Notes under the pieces: model-generated
Database searches by the model: none
Seen by the model: only the letters and a program-made list of their open reading frames with translations
What the model was told of the DNA's origin: nothing
Part shown: positions 8,658 to 18,600 of the stretch, in pieces
Numbering within the stretch: the stretch's first letter is position 1
Layout: each line of letters starts with the position of its first letter
Source: a virus
Direction: 5' to 3' (one strand)
Length of the DNA: 64,000 bases
IMG/VR virus record: IMGVR_UViG_3300036879_000022
Coordinates: 1 to 64,000 of that record
Made by a program: the position numbers and the translations under genes

Positions 8658-10049
8658 TCAGTCCTTCCATGGGTCAAATTCTCCCTCGCCCGCCATCGCG
8701 ACGGCAAATGGTCGCAAAGTATGGAGCACCTTAACCGAACCCGCGTGGTGCGCCAGAACGTCCGGGAGCCTCCGGTATGCCATCGGGCTTTCGTCGAGAT
8801 CAGCGCCCACGAGCGTCACGCCACGGGCCTGAAGCCACTGATCCATCTGATCCTTGGTGAACGTGCGCTTGGCCTGCTTGCGGCCCATGACGCGGCCGGC
8901 GCCGTGCACGGTCGAATAGAGCGCGGCCTTGGCTTCGGGGCTATCGATGCCTTCGAGGATCACGGCGTCGTCGCCCATGGAGCCGCCGACGAAGCCCCTC
9001 TGGCCCGGGAACGCGGGCGTCGCGCCCTTGCGGACCACGAGCAGCTCGCGCTCGACGCCGTTGATGTTGTGCGTCTCTTTCCACGCGTAGTTGTGATGGT
9101 TGTGGATGCTCTCCGTGACGTTACCGCCGATGATCTGCCGGACGCGCTCGGTCACCCAGTTGCGGCCGGCGCAGGCGTACTCCCCGGCGAGCTTCATCGC
9201 TTCATAGTAGCGCGCACCGACCTCCGTGTTGAGGTTGACGACAGCGGGCGCAACGTTGATCCCATCGGTGCCGCCCGCGAGCTTGATATACTTGCTCGCC
9301 GACGTGTGGCCCAGACCACGCGAACCGAAGTGCACGCCGATCCAGACGTAGCCCTCTTCGTCGCGGAGGATGTCCACATAATGGTTGCCGGAGCCGACCG
9401 TGCCGAGCTGGGCTCGCGCCTTCTGGCGATAGTCTTCCATCTGGGCAGCGCGCCACACTTCATCCGCATCAAACAGCTCATGCTCGACACGCTCATCGTT
9501 CGAGCGCCCGACGCCAAATGAGATCGTCTTCTGCACGTCACGGATGATCGTCGGGATGTGCTCGGCGATGTCCGCGAACTTTGTGTCAAGCCGCACGGCC
9601 TTGTTGCCGCACCCGATGTCGAAGCCGACGCCGGAGATGGAGACGTGGCCCTTGTCGTATGCGATGACGCCGCCGACAGGCTGGGCGTAGCCGAGATGAC
9701 CGTCCGCACAGATCACGCCGGCCACGACGTTGCCGACCTTCATGCAGTTTTTCATCTGTTCGATCGTCTGATCGTCGTGCTCGCCGAAAATCGTCAGCGG
9801 CGCGTTCGCGTAGTCGGCCGTCTGGGCGGGCACCGACATTGCGGCGAGCTTGTCCGCGAGAACTTTCTGCTCGGCAGCAATCATTTCCTTGCGCGCGCCG
9901 TCACGGTACTCGGTCCATGCAGGGTGACCCCGGCCCATGGCCTGTTTCGTGGCGTCCCACTCTGCGCCATGTCGAGCGTCCGGGTTGAACCCGGCTTCGA
10001 GGCAGAGCTGGCGAGCGCGATGTTCATGCGGATCGGTACGTTGTGCCAA
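8658..10049 (-). CDS. rtcB: RtcB RNA ligase (3'-phosphate/5'-OH)
   Basis: DGHLGY-PVG, GFDIGCG, LGTVGSGNHY, HNHHN, RKGAT, GSMG, HGAGR, DESPMAYR. Confidence 0.97.
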   Translation of the reverse strand: MAQRTDPHEHRARQLCLEAGFNPDARHGAEWDATKQAMGRGHPAWTEYRDGARKEMIAAEQKVLADKLAAMSVPAQTADYANAPLTIFGEHDDQTIEQMKNCMKVGNVVAGVICADGHLGYAQPVGGVIAYDKGHVSISGVGFDIGCGNKAVRLDTKFADIAEHIPTIIRDVQKTISFGVGRSNDERVEHELFDADEVWRAAQMEDYRQKARAQLGTVGSGNHYVDILRDEEGYVWIGVHFGSRGLGHTSASKYIKLAGGTDGINVAPAVVNLNTEVGARYYEAMKLAGEYACAGRNWVTERVRQIIGGNVTESIHNHHNYAWKETHNINGVERELLVVRKGATPAFPGQRGFVGGSMGDDAVILEGIDSPEAKAALYSTVHGAGRVMGRKQAKRTFTKDQMDQWLQARGVTLVGADLDESPMAYRRLPDVLAHHAGSVKVLHTLRPFAVAMAGEGEFDPWKD

Positions 10050-10479
10050 AGTTCTCTCCTAGTAAGTAGTGAGCTACAAGCGCGGGATTGCGCATTGCGG
10101 TGTGATAAAATCCCCACTGCTGTTTTGAATAGGGCCGACCATCTAACGGAAAGCCGTTTGATATCGCAACCCTGAACAGCATAGAAGCCAAACTCTTCGC
10201 GCCTCCGCGCCCGACTTCCGCCCCCATAAGACCCAGAGCCCGGCCCGCGCAGTGCTGCCGATAATACAGACGATGATACACACGCAAGTCGGGCCGTTTT
10301 CGAGGACCACCCGGGCGCTTTCGTATGGCATCTCGCCTACGCTCGGCGGCCAGTCGCGCTGCCCTAACCTCAGAACGCTGGCGGTACGCCTTTTCGCGAG
10401 CTTGAACTGCTGGACGCTTCCGCGCGAGTTTCCATCGCGCCCGTTTCCTAGCAATGGCTTCGGGGCTTTTAGCTGGCAT
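10024..10479 (-). CDS. hypothetical basic protein
   Basis: Arg-rich ORF filling the gap between neighbours. Confidence 0.5.
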   Translation of the reverse strand: MPAKSPEAIARKRARWKLARKRPAVQAREKAYRQRSEVRAARLAAERRRDAIRKRPGGPRKRPDLRVYHRLYYRQHCAGRALGLMGAEVGRGGAKSLASMLFRVAISNGFPLDGRPYSKQQWGFYHTAMRNPALVAHYLLGENFGTTYRSA

Positions 10480-11059
10480 TCTCCCACACCTTCCGATCCG
10501 CCGTTGTTAAACTACCAAACCTGTCAGTAGGCCGGTAGCGTTTAGCCCCAATGAACTTTCTAAGGACTGCTGCTCTAGCTGGCCCCAGTTCCTCATGCGC
10601 GATGACCTGAGCAATCGTCATCGTGCTCAATGCTACCGCGAGGGTTGCTAAATAGTTCTCAAACGTCTTATTCGCCTGATCTTCTCTATCTTTCTTGGCC
10701 TGTGGCTTGGGTTCCGGTTTCATGGCCGGGGCAACAGGCCGTTCCGGCGGAACGCTCGCGCCCGTCACCGGATTGACGCCGGCCGCGCGAACATCGCCTT
10801 CGGCCTGATTGAGCGCGTTCGTGACGATGTAGCCCAAGAATTCGCTCTCGTACTGAGCGTAGAGCTTGGCCCCGATCATGATCTTGTCAACCCCGTACTG
10901 CACCAAATCCTCGTGGGGCATGCGCGGGTTGTCTCGCATGGCTTTAGCGAGCGCCTTGCGCAGTTCCTTCATCGGGATCGCGAAATCAGTGTATCCGTTA
11001 CGACGACGCATAACAAACCTCGTTGCGTGCTGGAGGGGAAGATCGGCGGAGGACAGCAC
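10469..11059 (-). CDS. hypothetical protein (start uncertain)
   Basis: Long ORF in operon orientation. Confidence 0.55.
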   Translation of the reverse strand: MLSSADLPLQHATRFVMRRRNGYTDFAIPMKELRKALAKAMRDNPRMPHEDLVQYGVDKIMIGAKLYAQYESEFLGYIVTNALNQAEGDVRAAGVNPVTGASVPPERPVAPAMKPEPKPQAKKDREDQANKTFENYLATLAVALSTMTIAQVIAHEELGPARAAVLRKFIGAKRYRPTDRFGSLTTADRKVWENAS

Positions 11060-11300
11060 ACCCTCCGCCGATCCCGCGCAGGGTCAGCTCCCGGGGGCGG
11101 AGAGCTGACCAAGTCCTTCACGTCGGGCGCGCTTCGCCGCCATGATCTTCTCGACTTCGGCAATGGACGCAAGGGCGCGCTCTCTAGCCGAGGCTTCGGC
11201 GACAGGCCCGCAGGGGCACGGAGACATTTTCCGCGCCCCAAACGTTTTCAGTTGCGGGGCCATGGCACGGCGAAAATTGAGAGGACGAAAATGAGCCATG

Positions 11301-11663
11301 TCAGTGGCTCCCCCACGTCTGGCCGCCGTCGTGCGAGTGCACGCCCTGCGCGAGAGCCTGCTTGTTGACCGTGCGGCCCGCCATGGCCTCGGCCTGCGCG
11401 AGCTTCGCCTTGGTCAGCGACGATCCGGAAACCATCAACCGACGATAGATGCATGCATCGGTCGCGCCGTCGCGAATGGTGTCGTCGAGACCGTCGAAGG
11501 CGACGGCGCCGGTCCGCTTGTCCACGATCGGCTTGACTTTGCCGGCCGCAATCAAGCTGTTCACGTCCGTCACGGTGCGCCGGATTTCTTCGGCGCGCTC
11601 GGAGATCGTCTGGCGACGTTTCAAATTCCTGTAGTTCTCTTTCAGTCTCGTGTCGCAGGGCAT
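11301..11663 (-). CDS. hypothetical protein of the AAA module
   Basis: Shares the 22-nt leader with the two upstream genes. Confidence 0.75.
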   Translation of the reverse strand: MPCDTRLKENYRNLKRRQTISERAEEIRRTVTDVNSLIAAGKVKPIVDKRTGAVAFDGLDDTIRDGATDACIYRRLMVSGSSLTKAKLAQAEAMAGRTVNKQALAQGVHSHDGGQTWGSH

Positions 11664-11737
11664 GTGCTGTTCCTATGTGCTGTAGGAGTTTGTAGCGGAG
11701 CCCGAGGCGACCCGTCAAGAGCCGCCTCGGATAATGG

Positions 11738-12556
11738 TTAAGCAAGCATGTCCTCCAAGTCGAGATCGATCGGCGCCGGGGCCGGGACCTCGCCCAGAAG
11801 TTCGGCGAGCGGCTCCAGATCGAGCACGCGGGCCGAGGTATCCACCGGGGCCTGCACTTCGGTCGCGCCGTCGAGATCAAGGAACGCGGTGCGGGACGAC
11901 GCCAGCGCGGCGAGGGTCGCTTCGTCGATCACGATCGCCGCCTGCTCGCCAGCCGTGACGGCCTTCGCGATCTTGCGGGCGACGGCGCGAGCCACTTCAA
12001 TGGCCCCTTCGAGGCTCTTCTGGCCGTCCGAGGACAGCATGGTGCCGAGCTTCTTGGCTTTGTTCGCGGCGGTGCGGACAGCGTCCACGTCGAGCGACTT
12101 GATGCCGGTCTCCATGGTCTCCAGCAAGCCGTTAAGCTCGTTCTTGATCGCGCGAACCGCCTGCACGTCATCGGCCGCAATGCGCCCGGTGATGACGAAG
12201 AAATCGATCTCGGTCAGCCGCGCCGTGAGGTTGAACTCCGTGCAGAGGTCCTGAGCAGTCTTGACGGCGGCCTCCAGATCGGCCTCGCGCGTATCCGGGC
12301 AGAGATAACCGAAGTCCGACTTCGCGCAGATACCCGTGATCAGGCTGCGCGCCTTCGAGCGAACCTTAGTGGCTTGCTCAAACTCGGCGGCATCAGCGAC
12401 GGACTTGTCCGTCTGCCACGAGCTGACGAGCACGCCGAACTCGTCAACGTGTTCGGCTTCGATCTCGGTCTTGTTGTACTCGACATTGTCGCCCGTGATC
12501 TTCGTGCTCAGGCCGACGAGCAATCCGGGGCGGAGGGTCTTTGAAGCGAGAGACAT
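11738..12556 (-). CDS. hypothetical alpha-helical protein of the AAA module (DUF3150-like)
   Basis: 272-aa helical ORF with the shared leader; family call is tentative. Confidence 0.7.
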   Translation of the reverse strand: MSLASKTLRPGLLVGLSTKITGDNVEYNKTEIEAEHVDEFGVLVSSWQTDKSVADAAEFEQATKVRSKARSLITGICAKSDFGYLCPDTREADLEAAVKTAQDLCTEFNLTARLTEIDFFVITGRIAADDVQAVRAIKNELNGLLETMETGIKSLDVDAVRTAANKAKKLGTMLSSDGQKSLEGAIEVARAVARKIAKAVTAGEQAAIVIDEATLAALASSRTAFLDLDGATEVQAPVDTSARVLDLEPLAELLGEVPAPAPIDLDLEDMLA

Positions 12557-12654
12557 TTGCTGTTCCTATGTGCTGTAGGGCCGGGCCATCCCGGCTGCAA
12601 ACTTTCTAATCCTGTCCCGGAGAAGACGCAAGAGCCTTCTCCGGGGATGGTTAA

Positions 12655-14301
12655 TCAGAGGTCAAGCTGGCGGCCACCCGTGACCACTTCCAGCTTCGTC
12701 GCGCTGGTAGCCGGCCGGGCGTTCGCCTGACCCCACTTGCGCAGCTCGGCGACCTTGTCGGCCTTGGTCTTGGCCAGCGGCACGACGCGATCGGCAGCGT
12801 TGAGCAAGTCCTTAGTGTTGATCTCGCGGACACCGTCCGCGAAACCGGCGTAGAGGGCGGTCGCTACCAGCTCGGCAACTTCCGAACCGGTGAAGTCCGC
12901 AGTGGCCTCGGCGACGGCGCCGAAGTCAATCTTGATCTTGTCGCGGCCGTTGGCCTTGAGCGCGGCCTTGAGCACGCCCTTGCGCTCGACCGTGTTCGGG
13001 AGGTCAACGAAGAACACTTCGTCGAAGCGGCCCTTGCGGAGCAGTTCCGGCGGCAGCGATGATACATCGTTCGCCGTCGCGATCACGAAAGCACCGGCCG
13101 GATGATCCTGCATCCATGACAGGATCGTGCCGAGCGCGTCAGCGGAGACACCGCCGTCCGCAGAGCCACCGTTCGTCGCGCCCTGCATTGCCTTCTCAAT
13201 TTCGTCGATCCACACGACACACCGGCCAATGGCTTCGATGACCTTGAGGGCCTTGCGGAGGTTGCCTTCGCTACCACCGACGAACTTGTCCTTGAGCGCC
13301 CCAAGGTCGAGCCTCAGAAGCGGGATGCCCCATGCCGTGGCAACCGCCTTGGCAGTGAGCGACTTACCGCAACCTGACATGCCAGTCAGCACAACACCCT
13401 TCGGCGCCGGCAGACCATATTCGCGAGCCGCCGGGCTGTACGCTTCCGTGCGGGCATTCAGCCACTCCTTGACGTTGTCGAGCCCGCCAACCGCGTCGAG
13501 CCCGCCCTTGATCGGGTCATGCCATTCAAGCACGCGCTCGCGGGCGATGACACGCTTCTTTTCGTTCGACACGAGCTGCGGGTCGATCGTGCGCGTCTGC
13601 ACAAGCGACTTGGCGAAGCACGAGGCAGCCTCGTCTGCCGTCAAGCCGACAGCGGCGTCGATCGCGGTCTCACGCGTCTCCGGCGTTGTCGCGAGTGAGC
13701 GGATCGGCTTGCCCTTAATGTCTTCGCCGGTTTCCTTGTCCTTTTCGAACTCAGGCAGCGAGTTGATCGCAGTGGTCAGCACCTTTTCGATTTCCGAGCG
13801 GTCCGGGAGCGGCCATTCGAGGACCGTTGCGTGGCCGGCGAGATCGGCCGGAATGTTGCCTTCCGTGGTCAGGATGATAATCGCCTGCGCCGCCTTGCGG
13901 TCAACGCCCGGGAGATGCTTGGCGAGATTGCGGAGCTGACGCATCGGGGTCGCACCCGGCTGGCCTTCAAGCCATTTCGGAAGGTCGCGCATGACCCAGA
14001 CCTGACGAACGCCCTTGGTGGCGCCCTGATCGGCAGCAGTGCGGATCGCGGTCAACGTATCGCCGCAGTCGTTACCGCCGACGCCCTTGACCGGGTCGCC
14101 GTTGATCATGGTGACACCCTGCTCTACGTCCCAAAACAGGGTCTTGTAGCCTGCGGCGGCAGCGGCTTCAACGAGGAAACCTTCGACGCGAGCTTCCTCG
14201 CGGGTGACAATCCAGAGCAGCGAGTTGCGGGCGCGCAAAAGCGAGGCAACGTCAGCAGCGGCAGTCTGGCCTTTCGAGATCGTGGTCTTGGTCGCGGTCA
14301 T
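12655..14301 (-). CDS. AAA+ ATPase (Ycf46-like)
   Basis: GMSGCGKS Walker A, WIDEIEK Walker B, ATAND...LPPELLRKGRFD SRH; degenerate N-terminal AAA domain. Confidence 0.93.
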   Translation of the reverse strand: MTATKTTISKGQTAAADVASLLRARNSLLWIVTREEARVEGFLVEAAAAAGYKTLFWDVEQGVTMINGDPVKGVGGNDCGDTLTAIRTAADQGATKGVRQVWVMRDLPKWLEGQPGATPMRQLRNLAKHLPGVDRKAAQAIIILTTEGNIPADLAGHATVLEWPLPDRSEIEKVLTTAINSLPEFEKDKETGEDIKGKPIRSLATTPETRETAIDAAVGLTADEAASCFAKSLVQTRTIDPQLVSNEKKRVIARERVLEWHDPIKGGLDAVGGLDNVKEWLNARTEAYSPAAREYGLPAPKGVVLTGMSGCGKSLTAKAVATAWGIPLLRLDLGALKDKFVGGSEGNLRKALKVIEAIGRCVVWIDEIEKAMQGATNGGSADGGVSADALGTILSWMQDHPAGAFVIATANDVSSLPPELLRKGRFDEVFFVDLPNTVERKGVLKAALKANGRDKIKIDFGAVAEATADFTGSEVAELVATALYAGFADGVREINTKDLLNAADRVVPLAKTKADKVAELRKWGQANARPATSATKLEVVTGGRQLDL

Positions 14302-14492
14302 TTGCTGTTCCTATGTGCTGGTAGGGCCGGGGTCGTTCCCCGATGACCAACACCTAGCGGCTCTCCCGGAGAAGATCAAGCACTCAATTTGATGATGGTA
14401 AATACCGCGTTAACCTTGCGACAAAAAGTCAGTTGCAAAGTGAGCAATTCGGATCGGGCGGACTGGAGGGTTCCCGCGACCGGCTGTCGCGG

Positions 14493-14666
14493 CTAGTCGT
14501 TCGGACAGGGTCGGCTCGTGATGTACGAACCATCGTGGTATGGCCCCAGAGCCTCCAGCCAGCCTCTCCCGTTGCAGTCCTTGCGCTGGGGGCGTCCACA
14601 CTCATGGCAGGTCGGACGGTCATCACGGGGCTGGATAATGGCGGACAGATCGGGTTTTTCGAGCAT
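14493..14666 (-). CDS. small Cys-rich protein (57 aa, not in ORF track)
   Basis: GGAG RBS; MLEKPDL...TCHECGR...DCNGRGW...RPCPND. Confidence 0.6.
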   Translation of the reverse strand: MLEKPDLSAIIQPRDDRPTCHECGRPQRKDCNGRGWLEALGPYHDGSYITSRPCPND

Positions 14667-15067
14667 CGGTTATACTCCGTTTGCAGGTTGCGTATAACGA
14701 ACAAATGGCCCGGCGCGCTGAGCGCAGCCGGGCCGCTTGCCTCTCGACGGCTCCTATATGGAGCCGCCGCGTCTTCAGTGCCCTTGAACGGTTCGAGACA
14801 TTTAGCCGAAGCGAGGCCCGCAGGACACCTTTCTGATAGCCGAGCGACGAACCCGACCGCAAACGCCCTCGCCGGGCTAGCTGTTGTTCCTTTCGCCCTG
14901 CGCGGACCATACCGCGTCAAGGGCTCGATAGAGGCGTGCCGTCGCGGTCTTGGTGCGGCGGTGCGCGAGCTGAGCCTGAGCTTCGAGAAGCTCGATGCGC
15001 GCCGTCTCCAAACGCTGAGGTAAGTCAATGAAGGGAGACGGCGGGAGAAGTGCGAAGGTCCCGTGCA

Positions 15068-15745
15068 TCACACGCGCTCGGTGGAGTGCGCTTCCATGTG
15101 AAGCTTGGCATGCCGAGCGCCGTAGAGCGCAGCTTCCGGCGACGCATAGCCGATCGGACCGTGGGGGTTGTGCACGGTGCGCCAGATCGTGCCGTTGTCG
15201 CTGACCTGACGGAACTCGCCGTAATAGGTCTTGTGACCGTCATAGGGCTTCGCCGGGATCGCGCGCAGGCCGTCGTACTCCTTGCCGATGAAGGTCAAGG
15301 CGCCAGCCGGCGTCGGACCACCGAGGAAGGCTTCCTTGGCCTGCCCGTAGCCGAGTTCGGGGCGGCCGTGAGCAGCCGCGTCGTCATTGAGCTTCTGCCA
15401 GAACTTCGGGAACGGCGGCTCCGCGTCGATCGCAGAGTGGATGCCTTCCATGCCCGAGTGACGCGGGGCCGGGCGGGGGTTGAGGACGCTTTCGAGGGCC
15501 GCGTCGATGAAGAGGTCGGCGAGAATGCCGGCGACGATGGCTTCGCCCTTGCTCGCGTTCTGTACGCGAGCGTGGGAGGAAGAACCATCCCAGCCGCGCT
15601 CCGCCTGCTCGCGCTTGTCGGCCATGTTGCTCTCGAAGGGGCGGTTCACGTCCGGGCTTTCCGTGTGCCGGCCGACGCCGAACATTTCGCTCGAACGATG
15701 ATGGGGGGTCTCGTTGGCTTCGATGATTTCAGAAATTCCACGCAT
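15068..15745 (-). CDS. hypothetical protein
   Basis: GGAG RBS; phage-like codon usage. Confidence 0.7.
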   Translation of the reverse strand: MRGISEIIEANETPHHRSSEMFGVGRHTESPDVNRPFESNMADKREQAERGWDGSSSHARVQNASKGEAIVAGILADLFIDAALESVLNPRPAPRHSGMEGIHSAIDAEPPFPKFWQKLNDDAAAHGRPELGYGQAKEAFLGGPTPAGALTFIGKEYDGLRAIPAKPYDGHKTYYGEFRQVSDNGTIWRTVHNPHGPIGYASPEAALYGARHAKLHMEAHSTERV

Positions 15746-15848
15746 GGGGGTCTCCGTTGTTGCGCGTTGTTGTCTGCGGTGTTCGCAATCGGAAGCTAGG
15801 CGCGATCCATAAACGGGTCAAGAGCGAAGTTGGTGGATGGTTAATGGA

Positions 15849-16094
15849 TCATATCTCGACGGTCTCGGTATCCCACGAGGAAGTTCGATAATCGTCGTTC
15901 TCCATGAGATCGGCAGTGCCGACCGCGACCGCTACCAAATTATCGTGCGACACATAGAGCGCGGCTCGGGCTGCACGAAGGACCAACGTCGTCGGCACAT
16001 TGTTTGCGTCAAGCATCTGAATGACCGGCCGCCATTCGCCAGCGTAGAACATCCGGTACTTCGTTTTCGGCGGGGGGTTGCGCCAATCACTCAT
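15849..16094 (-). CDS. hypothetical protein
   Basis: Overlap-coupled ORF. Confidence 0.6.
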   Translation of the reverse strand: MSDWRNPPPKTKYRMFYAGEWRPVIQMLDANNVPTTLVLRAARAALYVSHDNLVAVAVGTADLMENDDYRTSSWDTETVEI

Positions 16095-16348
16095 TTGAGC
16101 ACCGCCCGGCCGCCGACGTATTTGTAGTCGCTCTCCGGGCGGCCCGACTGTTTCGCCGCGCGGTCGATCGCGCGCCCGGCTGGCCCCATGGCTTCGCGCT
16201 CCTGTCCGGCCTTGGTCAGGCGCTCGCTGTTCTTGTAGACGTGGCCACGCTCCCGGAGGATGCGAAGTGCTTCCTCGCGCGCGTCCGGGTAGTTGGCAGT
16301 ACCGATCTGCCGTGTGAGCCGTGTGATCAGTGGAAGATATTTCGCCAT
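16091..16348 (-). CDS. hypothetical protein
   Basis: Overlap-coupled ORF. Confidence 0.65.
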   Translation of the reverse strand: MAKYLPLITRLTRQIGTANYPDAREEALRILRERGHVYKNSERLTKAGQEREAMGPAGRAIDRAAKQSGRPESDYKYVGGRAVLK

Positions 16349-16439
16349 GACCTACCTCAAATCGATCTCAAGCCATTCCCTGTACGGCGGAGCGCCCGCC
16401 ACACCGTCTGTTGCTTCGCCGCGCTCGCGGATGATGCAG

Positions 16440-17063
16440 TCACTCCGATCGTAGAAAGTCAGCAATGCTTCGCGCGGCTGAGCCGCTAATTTGATGAGCA
16501 TCTCGACTACCGTCGTTTGCAGGAGCCGCTGTTGCTCGACTGTAACGATGAGTTTCATGCTCGGTCGATACTCGTTGAGAATGCTTTGGAGCTGCCCGAC
16601 ACGCATCGGCGTATTCCTTCAGTTGGGTTTGCAGGCTGACGTTGATCTGGCCTGTCTTGATGAACTCGTCACAGAACTGGGCTCGGAGTTCCCGGATATG
16701 ATCCGGGGACGTATCTTCTGCGGCGTTCGGGGCTCGTTTACGCGTCTTGCGGTCACGTCGAGCGGCAGCGTTCCACGCCTCCCGCTCCCAAATAAACTTT
16801 CCGATCTCTACTCGCGTGATCTCGCCAAGCTGATAGTGCTTGGTCGTGACCATACGTTTGAGTTCGGCGACCCGAGCCTGTTTAGCTGCGTATCTCTTGT
16901 GACGTTGCATCGTCGCCTTTCGGCTCGGGTGCCGTGTCTGGACCGGAGTATTGACAGCGCGCTCAAAGCTCCAGCCGTTCAACAGCCGCATGTACGCGCA
17001 ACTGTAGCTGACGCCCGGGGCGAGTGGCGTACTCTTCGACAGTGCGGGAAACTTCCTAGACAT
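16440..17063 (-). CDS. hypothetical protein with homing-endonuclease-associated DNA-binding motif
   Basis: RLLNGWSFERAVNTPV motif. Confidence 0.5.
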   Translation of the reverse strand: MSRKFPALSKSTPLAPGVSYSCAYMRLLNGWSFERAVNTPVQTRHPSRKATMQRHKRYAAKQARVAELKRMVTTKHYQLGEITRVEIGKFIWEREAWNAAARRDRKTRKRAPNAAEDTSPDHIRELRAQFCDEFIKTGQINVSLQTQLKEYADACRAAPKHSQRVSTEHETHRYSRATAAPANDGSRDAHQISGSAARSIADFLRSE

Positions 17064-18600
17064 CGGTCCTCATCAACAAATCGCGCAACCCGCGCCCGGA
17101 AACAGTATCGGCTAGTGTGATCTTCCCGTCTACAATATCATAGTTGCGATCGTCAACGGTGCCCGGCGTCCGCATCCGCACGATGGATACAGAGTGGCCG
17201 GCGATGAGCGTTCCGCGCTCCTTGGCCTGTTCGTAGTGGATGGCGTTCGGCGTACTGGAGAAGAAGATAATAGCATCTGCCGCGCTAAAGTCTCGGCCCT
17301 CTCCGCCAGCCGCCGGCTGACCCACGAGGGGGTTATAGGCTGGGTCGTTCTGGAAAGCAAGACGGACACCCTCACGCTTGTCAGTCGGGATACCACCGTG
17401 AAATTCGAGGGGGTTGAACCCGGCCTTCTTGAGCTTGGCGACGACGCGTCGAATGTCTTCGCGGTACCGGCACCAAATAATGGACTTCCCGGGGAGGGTA
17501 CCATAGACCTCTTCAAGCAGGGCGGCGTAGATCGGCGCGTCCGGGTCGATCTCGATAATGGCGTCTTCATTTTTGATGTACCCATTCACGATTTGCTGGA
17601 GCTTCATCATCCGCGCGCCAGCGTCAACGGCCGTGATCTGTTCGCCGTTCTCAATCTCGACAAGATGGCGCGAGACCATCTCCAGATAGGCACGGCGCTG
17701 CTTATCGCTCATGACCACGATCCGCTCGGCCGAGATCAGCGCGGGCATGTCCCCGATGTCCTCGCGGAGCACGACCGAGGCGTAGTTCGCCATCATGTCC
17801 CGGAGTTCGTCAAGGTCCCTGTAGCCCGTGATCTTCTTGTATGCCCGGCGCTTGCGGTTGCCTCGCTTATCACTGTCTTCGATGACCGCGAACCGTTGCA
17901 CGAACTTCTCATAGCAGTCGCCCTGAAAGTCGGGACCGAGCGCGTCGTCGTCCATGATCTTCGCCATGGAGTACCAGCGCAGCGGCGAGTTCAAGATCGC
18001 GGTGCCGGTTTCGAGCGTGATGAATTTGGCGACCTTCCCGAGATTGCGCGCCAGCCGCGTCCGCTTTGCGCCGGCATGCCCAAAGTGATGAGCCTCGGAG
18101 ATCACGAGCATGAACCGACCGTGGCACGCCGTCTTGAACCGCTTCACCGCCGCGATCACGTCTCGGGTGGCTTCATCGTTGCTGCCGAAAGCCTCCATAT
18201 TGATGGCGAACCATCTGAGACCGCCGGTATGGGCGCAGAGCGTATTGAAGTCGGCGATCTTCCCCCAGTCAGCGCGCTTCGGCGCCTCCCACGCGAAAGC
18301 CAATGGCTGGCCGTTCTCGGGCCACGACCATTTCGGAATTTCGTTGACGCAATAGTTGATGTGGATGCCATTCGGCGCGAGCACGATGACGCCTTCGATG
18401 GCACCCTCGCCGAACTGATATTCAGCCTTGTCAATGACGGCCTTGGACTTGCCCGTGCGCATGGACCATAGCAGCGCGCGGCAACGGTCGTCCTTGTGCT
18501 CATCGAACTCCTTGGCTTGGTGCGCCCACGCCACGGTCGGTGCCGGCTCGGGCTCCGGGCCTAGAAGGTCGAACAGCTCATCTGCGGAAGGGATTGTCAC
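17056..18600 (-). CDS. SNF2-like SF2 helicase
   Basis: MRTGKS, SEAHH (motif II variant), TGTAI-NSP, MKLQQI, GGEGRDF, QAKERG. Confidence 0.9.
   Translation of the reverse strand: MTIPSADELFDLLGPEPEPAPTVAWAHQAKEFDEHKDDRCRALLWSMRTGKSKAVIDKAEYQFGEGAIEGVIVLAPNGIHINYCVNEIPKWSWPENGQPLAFAWEAPKRADWGKIADFNTLCAHTGGLRWFAINMEAFGSNDEATRDVIAAVKRFKTACHGRFMLVISEAHHFGHAGAKRTRLARNLGKVAKFITLETGTAILNSPLRWYSMAKIMDDDALGPDFQGDCYEKFVQRFAVIEDSDKRGNRKRRAYKKITGYRDLDELRDMMANYASVVLREDIGDMPALISAERIVVMSDKQRRAYLEMVSRHLVEIENGEQITAVDAGARMMKLQQIVNGYIKNEDAIIEIDPDAPIYAALLEEVYGTLPGKSIIWCRYREDIRRVVAKLKKAGFNPLEFHGGIPTDKREGVRLAFQNDPAYNPLVGQPAAGGEGRDFSAADAIIFFSSTPNAIHYEQAKERGTLIAGHSVSIVRMRTPGTVDDRNYDIVDGKITLADTVSGRGLRDLLMRTDV

Larger units (their letters stand above)
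11665..14325 (-). repeat. three copies of leader CCTAC(C)AGCACATAGGAACAGCA (11665-11686, 12558-12579, 14303-14325)
   Basis: Near-identical 22-23 nt immediately upstream of three consecutive start codons. Confidence 0.9.
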
